From Chloroflexota bacterium (GTDB lineage: Bacteria > Chloroflexota > Dehalococcoidia > E44-bin15), in NCBI GenBank assembly GCA_034189655.1, contig JAXHUE010000005.1, positions 4,408 through 68,407 of the forward strand: a DNA stretch of 64,000 bases. Reading direction: 5' to 3'. Made by a program: the position numbers and the translations under genes. How positions within the stretch are numbered: the first letter of the stretch is position 1; each line of letters begins with the position of its first letter. The notes beneath the pieces are model-generated. The model had not been told where the DNA came from. It made no database searches and worked only from the letters and a program-made list of their open reading frames with translations. Positions 50,737 through 57,923 of this stretch are shown one piece after another.

Positions 50737-52785
50737 ATGGGCCTGCCTTCAGACATCACGCAGGAAGAGATGGAGCTCTTCCTGCAAGAGGCTGACGAGC
50801 AACTGCTGCTCCTGGACGAAGACTTCGTTGCGCTGGAGAAGGCAGGCTTCGATGCCGAGCTCATCCAGGAGATATTCCGCGCCGCCCACACGCTTAAGGG
50901 CTCCTCGGCCATGGTGGGGCTGGAGAAGATGTCCCAGGTGGCCCACGCCATGGAGACCGTGCTCGATAGGCTGCGCTCAGGGCAGATGGAGGTCAGCACC
51001 CCGGTCATCAACGCGCTCCTCTACGGGCTGGATGCGCTCAAGTCCTTGAGGGAGGAGCTGGTCTCCGAGGAAGGCGAGGGGCTGAACGTTGACTCAGTCG
51101 TGGCCGAGCTGGAGAGGGTGGCCAGCGCCCAGGACGAGGCATGTAGCGACGTGATAGAGGACGAGGGCGCCGCAGACGGGCTGTGGCAGAGGCTCAAGGA
51201 GGCGCTCGATAGCGGGCTCACCCTCTACCGGGTGACGATAGAGATAGACCCCTCCAGTAGCTGGGCGGCGGTGAGGTGCTTTCAGGCGCTCCAGGAGCTG
51301 TCCCAGGCCGGGGAGCCGCTGCACACCGTGCCCTCCGCGGAGGATATCGAGGCCGGGAGCGTGGGCTCAACCCTGGAGGTGATACTGGCCAGCCTGCAGG
51401 AGGCCGCGGCCATCAGGGATACCTTGCACGACGTGTGCGAGATAGCGAGCGTCTCCATCAGGCCCTATGAGCCTGAGGACATGGGTGACGTGGCCGCGGA
51501 CCAGGATACTGGCGGGGAGAGCGGCGATGCCGGCACACCGGCCGCAGCCAGGGCCGCCGGGAAGCTGTCCCACACCCAGCAGACAGTGCGGGTCGATGTA
51601 TCGCTGCTAGACCAGATGATGAACCTGGCCGGGGAGATGGTGATCGACCGCACCCGCATCGGGCAGGTGGGCAAGGTACTGGAGCAGAGATACGTGGGAG
51701 ACGAGGCCATCATAGAGCTCAGGGAGACCTCGGCCCACATGGGGAAGGTGGTGGGTGAGCTCCAGGAGAGCGTGCTGAAGGCTCGTATGCTCCCCATAGG
51801 CACGGTGTTCAACACGCTGCCTCGCGTGGTGAGAGACCTGGCGCAGAGGGCTCACAAGAAGGTGGACTTCCTCATCGAGGGCAGGGAGACAGAGCTGGAC
51901 CGCACCATCATCGAGCAGATGCGGGATCCGCTCCTCCACCTGCTCAGGAATGCCGTCGACCACGGCATAGAGCCCGTGAGCGAGCGCAAGGCCGTCGGCA
52001 AGCCGGAGAAGGGAACCATCCGCCTCTCCGCCTGCCAGGAGCAGAACCACATCGTCATCAGGGTGCAGGACGACGGCAGGGGCATAGATGCCGAGAAGGT
52101 GAAGCGCTCTACCGTGGACAAAGGGCTCATCGCCGCCGAGGAGGCGTCGCGGCTCGCCGTCGCCGAGGTCATGGATCTCATCTTCGCCCCGGGGGTGTCC
52201 ACCGCGGAGAGGGCCACAGAGGTATCGGGGCGCGGCGTGGGCATGGACGTGGTGAGGACCAACATCGAGGCACTGGGGGGGTCGGTCAGCCTGGAGAGCA
52301 CCCTGGGAAGGGGTACCACCTTCACCATGAGGCTCCCCCTCACGCTGGCCACCATAAACGGGCTCCTGGTGTCGTCCAGCGGCACGGTCTACGTCATCCC
52401 CATGGCGTCCATGGTGGAGGTGCTCAAGGTGGAGCCGCAGGAGATAAAGACCATCATGGGCAAGGAGGTGGTGAGGCTCCGGGACAACGTCCTGCCCCTG
52501 CTCCGGCTGGACCGGGAGTTCAGCAACCACCGCGCGGAGGAGCGGGACATCGACGGCACCCTGGTCTCGGTGGTGAAGGCCGGGGAGAAGGCGGTGGGCC
52601 TTGCCGTAGACTCCGTGATGGAGCCTCAAGATACCGTTGTCAAGCCCCTGGGCAAGTATATCGGCGGCGTTCGGGGCATAGCCGGTGCCACCATCCTGGG
52701 GGACGGACGAGTGGCGCTGATACTCGACACAGCCACCCTGGTGAGGGAGGCCACCGGGCACTCCACACCTGGATGCAGGGCATGA
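50737..52785 (+). CDS. cheA: Chemotaxis histidine kinase CheA
   Basis: IFRAAHTLKGSS (Hpt), HLLRNAVDHGIE, DDGRGI, SGRGVGMDVV, C-terminal CheW domain. Confidence 0.97.
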   Translation: MGLPSDITQEEMELFLQEADEQLLLLDEDFVALEKAGFDAELIQEIFRAAHTLKGSSAMVGLEKMSQVAHAMETVLDRLRSGQMEVSTPVINALLYGLDALKSLREELVSEEGEGLNVDSVVAELERVASAQDEACSDVIEDEGAADGLWQRLKEALDSGLTLYRVTIEIDPSSSWAAVRCFQALQELSQAGEPLHTVPSAEDIEAGSVGSTLEVILASLQEAAAIRDTLHDVCEIASVSIRPYEPEDMGDVAADQDTGGESGDAGTPAAARAAGKLSHTQQTVRVDVSLLDQMMNLAGEMVIDRTRIGQVGKVLEQRYVGDEAIIELRETSAHMGKVVGELQESVLKARMLPIGTVFNTLPRVVRDLAQRAHKKVDFLIEGRETELDRTIIEQMRDPLLHLLRNAVDHGIEPVSERKAVGKPEKGTIRLSACQEQNHIVIRVQDDGRGIDAEKVKRSTVDKGLIAAEEASRLAVAEVMDLIFAPGVSTAERATEVSGRGVGMDVVRTNIEALGGSVSLESTLGRGTTFTMRLPLTLATINGLLVSSSGTVYVIPMASMVEVLKVEPQEIKTIMGKEVVRLRDNVLPLLRLDREFSNHRAEERDIDGTLVSVVKAGEKAVGLAVDSVMEPQDTVVKPLGKYIGGVRGIAGATILGDGRVALILDTATLVREATGHSTPGCRA

Positions 52786-52800
52786 AAGGAGGCAAGGAAC

Positions 52801-53397
52801 TTGGCAATGAACAGGACACGGCGTAACTTCGATCTGGCCAGTTGGTCAAAGCTGGCCCACATGGGAAGCACCAACGCCATCCTGGGGCTCTCCCAGATGG
52901 TGAACGAGGAGATGCAGGTCACCGCCCTCGACCTTCAGGAGGTCTCGCTGCGCAATGCCACCAGCCTGATGGGCAAGGCCGAAGACGTGGTAGTGGGGAT
53001 ATACCTCCTGTTCTCAGGTAACGGCGACGGACAGATCATGCTCGCCTTCCCGCCGGAGACCGCATTCGAGCTGGTGGACATGCTGATGGCCCAGACCTCG
53101 GGCTCCACCACTGAGCTTGGGGACATGGAGAGGTCGGCCCTGGGCGAGATAGGGAACATCGTGGGCTCCTTCTTCTTGAACGCGGTGGCCGACTATGCCG
53201 GGCTTCGCCTGCTGCCCTCGCCGCCGGCGGTGGTCATGGACATGGCGGGGGCCATCATCGGCTCGCTCATGGCCCCGGTCTTCAGCTCCACCGAGTCGGT
53301 ATTCGTGATCAAGATGAACTTCAGCACGCAGAGCCGGCAGATCGAGGGCCGGTTCCTGGTGCTCCCAACGTTCGATAGCACGGCAGACACGTCATAG
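52801..53397 (+). CDS. cheC: CheC phosphatase
   Basis: Second site SALGEIGNIV...PSPP is intact. First site reads SKLAHMG. Confidence 0.9.
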   Translation: MAMNRTRRNFDLASWSKLAHMGSTNAILGLSQMVNEEMQVTALDLQEVSLRNATSLMGKAEDVVVGIYLLFSGNGDGQIMLAFPPETAFELVDMLMAQTSGSTTELGDMERSALGEIGNIVGSFFLNAVADYAGLRLLPSPPAVVMDMAGAIIGSLMAPVFSSTESVFVIKMNFSTQSRQIEGRFLVLPTFDSTADTS

Positions 53398-53416
53398 CGT
53401 GTGGAGGCGCGACACA

Positions 53417-53914
53417 ATGACGATATGTAAAGAGATGATTGTCGTCGGCATGGGCGAGATGCGGGTGATGAAGAACCAAACCGTGGTACTCAGCTGTATA
53501 GGTCTGGGCTCATGCATTGCCATATGTGCCTATGACCCAGCATCAAAGGTGGGAGGCATGTTGCACGGCGTGTTGCCCAGTGGCAACAACGGCGATGGCA
53601 CGAAGGCCGCCCCCAAGTTCGTGGATAGCGGCGTCCCCCTGCTGATCACCGAGATGAGAAGGCAAGGGGCCTTGAAGTCCAGCATGTACATAAAGATCGC
53701 CGGCGGGGCCCACATGTTCTCGGTGCCGGGGACGGATGGGAGTCTCAACATCGGGGAGAGGAATGTCGCCGCAACGCATGCCGCCATGGAGAGAGAGGGC
53801 ATCGCCGTAGCCGCTGCGGACGTCGGAGGCAACTGTGGTCGCACCGTTCAGCTGTTCGTTGACTCGGGCAAGGTCGTGGTGAGGATGGCGGGGGGGGCGA
53901 TCACCGAGCTGTGA
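53417..53914 (+). CDS. cheD: Chemoreceptor glutamine deamidase CheD
   Basis: GLGSCI, GGMLH, KIAGGA.MF, IGERN, DVGG..GRTV. Confidence 0.95.
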   Translation: MTICKEMIVVGMGEMRVMKNQTVVLSCIGLGSCIAICAYDPASKVGGMLHGVLPSGNNGDGTKAAPKFVDSGVPLLITEMRRQGALKSSMYIKIAGGAHMFSVPGTDGSLNIGERNVAATHAAMEREGIAVAAADVGGNCGRTVQLFVDSGKVVVRMAGGAITEL

Positions 53915-53939
53915 AACCGAAAGAGGAGGCGATGGAGAC

Positions 53940-54296
53940 ATGCCAAGGATACTGGTCGTAGACGACGCTGCCTTTATGCGTATGCGGTGTGCCAAGCTGC
54001 TCAACGAGAAGGGGTACGAGGTGGTCGAGGCCGGGGACGGCCTCGAGGCCCTGGAGAAGTTCAAGGAGTGCCGGCCCGACGGCGTACTCCTCGATATCAC
54101 CATGCCCAACATGGACGGGATAGAGACGCTCAAGAAGCTCACCGAGATGTACCCCGACGCCAAGGTGGCCATGGTGACCGCCATGGGGCAGCAGTCGATG
54201 GTGATAGAGGCCTTGAAGTCGGGGGCCAAGGACTTCGTGGTCAAGCCCTTCGATGCCGACCGGGTGCTCTCTGCGGTACAGAAGCTGGTGGGATAG
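53940..54296 (+). CDS. cheY: Response regulator CheY
   Basis: VVDDAAFMRM, LLDITMP, MVTA, DFVVKPF. Confidence 0.96.
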   Translation: MPRILVVDDAAFMRMRCAKLLNEKGYEVVEAGDGLEALEKFKECRPDGVLLDITMPNMDGIETLKKLTEMYPDAKVAMVTAMGQQSMVIEALKSGAKDFVVKPFDADRVLSAVQKLVG

Positions 54297-54337
54297 TGGC
54301 GGGCGTTTTCGAAAATGCCGTTCCCAAGAGGTGCCAG

Positions 54338-55402
54338 GTGAGAGACAAGGTCAGGGTGCTCATAGTCGATGACTCCGCCTTCGCCAGGTTCGCCATCGCG
54401 CGCGAGCTCAGGCTCGATCCCGCTATCGAGGTGGTGGACTTCGCCAGCGACGGCGTCGAGGCCGTGGAGAAGGTGCAGGCGCTGAGGCCCGACGTGGTGA
54501 CCCTCGACGTAGAGATGCCCCGCATGGACGGCCTCGGTGCCCTGGAGCGCATCATGACGACGTGTCCCACGCCGGTGGTCATGCTGAGCAGCATCACCTC
54601 CGAGGGGGCAGAGGCCACCATACGTGCGCTGGAGCTGGGCGCCGTCGACTTCTTCCTTAAGCCCTCGCTCTCGACGCCGGCAGGGTCTGGCGATGGCACC
54701 AGCGGCCTGAGGGCCAGGGTGATGACGGCGGCCGCGGCCAAGGTGTCCCCCTTATGGCGAGGGCGCGGCACGGAGAGGGTAAGGACAGAGACCCGGCCAC
54801 TCCCCAAGAACATCTCGCCGCAGATGGTGGCGGTCATCGGCAGCTCGACCGGAGGGCCCAGGGCCCTCTACCAGCTCATGCCAGACCTGCCCGCCGACAT
54901 ACCGGCGGCCGTCCTCGTCGTGCAGCACATGCCGGCCGGGTTCACGAAGTCACTCGCCGAACGGCTGGATCAGCTCTCGGCGGTACGGGTCAGAGAGGCC
55001 GCGGCCGGGGATGTGCTGAGGGAGGGGGAGGCCCTCATCGCCCCCGGCAACTACCACATGACGGTGACCGCGAAGGGGACCGTAGAGCTCAACCAGGGCC
55101 CTCAAGAGTGCGGCGTGCGGCCCTCGGTGAACGTGACCATGGAGTCGGCGGCGCGGGCGTTCGGCGCCGCGGTGGTAGGTGTGGTGCTCACCGGCATGGG
55201 CGCCGACGGCACCAGGGGGGCAGGCCTCATCAGGGCGGCCGGGGGCAAGGTGGTGGTCCAGGACGAGTCCACCTGCACCATCTACGGGATGCCCAAGAGC
55301 GCCATCGCGGCCGGAAACGTGGACCTGGTGGTGCCCCTGCCCCAGATGGCCGCGGAAATGATCCATGTGCTCAAGAATGGGCGGGGTGGCAGGCGGCCAT
55401 GA
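54338..55402 (+). CDS. cheB: Methylesterase CheB
   Basis: REC domain (VDDS, TLDVEMP) plus GSSTGGP, VQHMP, LTGMGADG. GTG start 54338. Confidence 0.96.
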   Translation: MRDKVRVLIVDDSAFARFAIARELRLDPAIEVVDFASDGVEAVEKVQALRPDVVTLDVEMPRMDGLGALERIMTTCPTPVVMLSSITSEGAEATIRALELGAVDFFLKPSLSTPAGSGDGTSGLRARVMTAAAAKVSPLWRGRGTERVRTETRPLPKNISPQMVAVIGSSTGGPRALYQLMPDLPADIPAAVLVVQHMPAGFTKSLAERLDQLSAVRVREAAAGDVLREGEALIAPGNYHMTVTAKGTVELNQGPQECGVRPSVNVTMESAARAFGAAVVGVVLTGMGADGTRGAGLIRAAGGKVVVQDESTCTIYGMPKSAIAAGNVDLVVPLPQMAAEMIHVLKNGRGGRRP

Positions 55403-56217
55403 ACGAACGAGAGTACTCGTATCTCAAGGGAAAGATATTGAAGCTGGCCAACATCGATATCGATTGCTACAAGGAGCAGCAGATGCGCCGTCGCCTCGAT
55501 GGCTTCATCGCACGGCACAGCCCCCAGGGCGTCATCGCCTACTGCAACACGCTGGAGCGGGACCGGGGCCGACTCCACGAGCTCCTGGCGTTCCTCACCA
55601 TCAACGTGTCCGAGTTCTGGCGCGATGTCGCCCAGTTCCGCACGCTCAAGGAGGTCGTCCTGCCCCAGCTCCTGGCGCGGAGCCCGCGGCTCAACATATG
55701 GAGCGCTGCCTGCTCCCGCGGCCAGGAGCCGTACACCATTGCCATTGTCCTGGAGGAGCTCTGCCCCGCCCGCAGGCACCGCATACTGGCCACCGATATC
55801 GACCAGGACGCCCTGGCCTATGCCAGCGCCGGAGGGCCCTATCCCCCCTCTGATATAAAGAACGTAGAGCGCCACCTGCTCGAGAGATACTTCGTGGAGA
55901 CCGACAAGGGGTTCTCGGTCGCAGACTGCATAAAGAAGAGGGTGGAGTTCCGCCACCACAACCTGCTCTACGACCCGTTCGACGAGGGCTTCGACCTGGT
56001 GCTGTGTCGCAACGCCATTATCTACTTCTGCGACAGTGTCCGGGACAGGCTCTTCGCCAAGTTCAATCGCTGTCTCAAGGAGGGGGGAGTGCTCTTCGTC
56101 GGCGGCAGCGAGGTCATGCTGCGGCCGGGCGACATCGGCTTCGTTCACATGATGCCGTCTTTCTATCGCAAGCTTCACTCCGTGGCCGAAGAGGCGGCAA
56201 CGGCAGGAGCATTGTAG
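55399..56217 (+). CDS. cheR: Methyltransferase CheR
   Basis: LTINVSEFWRD, IWSAACSRGQEPY, ATDID, LCRNAIIYF. Confidence 0.96.
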   Translation: MNEREYSYLKGKILKLANIDIDCYKEQQMRRRLDGFIARHSPQGVIAYCNTLERDRGRLHELLAFLTINVSEFWRDVAQFRTLKEVVLPQLLARSPRLNIWSAACSRGQEPYTIAIVLEELCPARRHRILATDIDQDALAYASAGGPYPPSDIKNVERHLLERYFVETDKGFSVADCIKKRVEFRHHNLLYDPFDEGFDLVLCRNAIIYFCDSVRDRLFAKFNRCLKEGGVLFVGGSEVMLRPGDIGFVHMMPSFYRKLHSVAEEAATAGAL

Positions 56218-56229
56218 GAGGTAAGGAAA

Positions 56230-57312
56230 GTGCGCCGAATTACCGTAGCCCACGCTGAACTGGGGATGGTACTGGCCAGGGCAGTATACGATGGCACCGG
56301 CACACAGCTGCTCAATGCCGGCATGGCCCTCGATGCGCGCCACCTGCCCGTCCTCGGCCGGCTGGAGGTGCGGGAGATCCTGGTCCAGGACCCCCGTGTC
56401 GACGATGTCATCATCGAGCCCCTCATCTCGGAGGGGATAGAGGCGCGGGCGACGCGGCTGCTGCACAGGCTGCTGGATGGTAACCGGGGGCGGAGCTTAA
56501 AGTACATTCAGCTGGACGTGGTATCCCTCGACCGCGTGGTGAAGGCCATGCTCCAGGAGCTGTACTCCGCATTCATGGGCGAGATCGACGTAGCGGGGTG
56601 CCACTCCCTGGGAAACTACGAGTACGTCCACCCGGTGAAGACGGCGAGCCTGTGCCTCATGCTGGGCAAGGAGGCGGGCATCCCCCGCTCTGAGCTGGCC
56701 CACCTGGGCATAGCCGCCCTGCTGCAGAATATCAGCTATATACTGCTGCCCAGGAACATGGTGACAAACCTGGACCCGACGAAGGGTGACCCCCCGGAGG
56801 ACTACAAGAAACACCCGGAGTGGGGATACTACATCCTGAGGCGGTACCCCGATATAGACGCCAAGGCGCAGCTCGCAGTACTACAGCACCACGAGAGGTG
56901 GAATGGGGAGGGGTTCCCCAAGGGGCTGAAAGGGGACCAGATATCCCTCTTTGCCCGCATCATCGCCATAGCCAGCACCTACCACGCCCTGGTCTCGAAG
57001 AGGCCCAACCAGCAGCCCTACCCCCCTCCCGAGGCGGCGGAGTACATCTCTGCCTACAGCGGGGAGCTCTTCGATCCCCAGCTCGCCCAGCTCTTCATAA
57101 GGAGCGTCCCCTTCTATCCCAAGGGGATATCGGTGAAGCTCAATACAGGGGAGGGCGGCATCGTCACCAACGCCAACGTGGGCTACATAGGCAGGCCGGT
57201 GGTGCGCATATGCAGCGACCGCTACGGCGATGAGGTGAGCAGGCCCTATGACATAGACTTGACCGACACGGAGTACCAGAGCAAGCTCATCACCGAGATA
57301 CTGGAGTATTGA
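56230..57312 (+). CDS. Degenerate HD-GYP protein
   Basis: HHERWNGEGFP and FARIIAIA are present, but the HD dyad reads QN (ALLQNIS). Confidence 0.85.
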   Translation: MRRITVAHAELGMVLARAVYDGTGTQLLNAGMALDARHLPVLGRLEVREILVQDPRVDDVIIEPLISEGIEARATRLLHRLLDGNRGRSLKYIQLDVVSLDRVVKAMLQELYSAFMGEIDVAGCHSLGNYEYVHPVKTASLCLMLGKEAGIPRSELAHLGIAALLQNISYILLPRNMVTNLDPTKGDPPEDYKKHPEWGYYILRRYPDIDAKAQLAVLQHHERWNGEGFPKGLKGDQISLFARIIAIASTYHALVSKRPNQQPYPPPEAAEYISAYSGELFDPQLAQLFIRSVPFYPKGISVKLNTGEGGIVTNANVGYIGRPVVRICSDRYGDEVSRPYDIDLTDTEYQSKLITEILEY

Positions 57313-57352
57313 CCGGAAGGGACAGCGTACACCCAATGGGGGGACCCGAGCA

Positions 57353-57892
57353 GTGAGCGATAAGCCGCTCTCACAGTCAGACATCGACAACCTGGTGTCG
57401 CGGCTCTCCGCGAGCGAGCCGGCAGCGCCGAAGGCGACGGCCACCGCCGCGGCAGACACTGCACCCCCACGCGGTGCCACTGCCCCGCCGACCGCCGCCT
57501 CGCCTTCCAAGGGGGCGCCGCCGCCACCGGGCCCGCCTCCCCAGGCCGCGGCCGTCGACGAGAGGACCGAGGAGAGGCTGGCAGAGCTCGCCCAGCGGCT
57601 GGTCAAGGTGGAGACATCGCTGGCCAGGCTCGACCGCCTGGAGAAGCTCATCGCCGAGGCGGGGAACACCTCCCAGCTCTCTCATCGCCAGATACAGGTG
57701 GTGGTCAATCGAGTACAGGAGCTGAACGAGGAGCTGAAGGCGATGTCGACAAAGCTACAGGGCACACTGGGCTACGACGTCTACCACACCTTCACCTGTG
57801 ACAAGTGCGGGAGCCAGGGCCTGGTCGCCGTCCTGTTCAAGTGTACCAAGTGCACCCGCCAGAGCTGGCGCGGCTGGTGGCCGCGCAAGTAG
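57353..57892 (+). CDS. Hypothetical protein: FliM-N-like CheY-binding peptide, Pro/Ala linker, coiled coil, Zn ribbon
   Basis: MSDKPLSQSDIDNLV, heptad region, CDKC...CTKC, WRGWWPRK end. Confidence 0.75.
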   Translation: MSDKPLSQSDIDNLVSRLSASEPAAPKATATAAADTAPPRGATAPPTAASPSKGAPPPPGPPPQAAAVDERTEERLAELAQRLVKVETSLARLDRLEKLIAEAGNTSQLSHRQIQVVVNRVQELNEELKAMSTKLQGTLGYDVYHTFTCDKCGSQGLVAVLFKCTKCTRQSWRGWWPRK

Positions 57893-57923
57893 GGCACACT
57901 CTATACCTTCAAGGGAGCGGACT

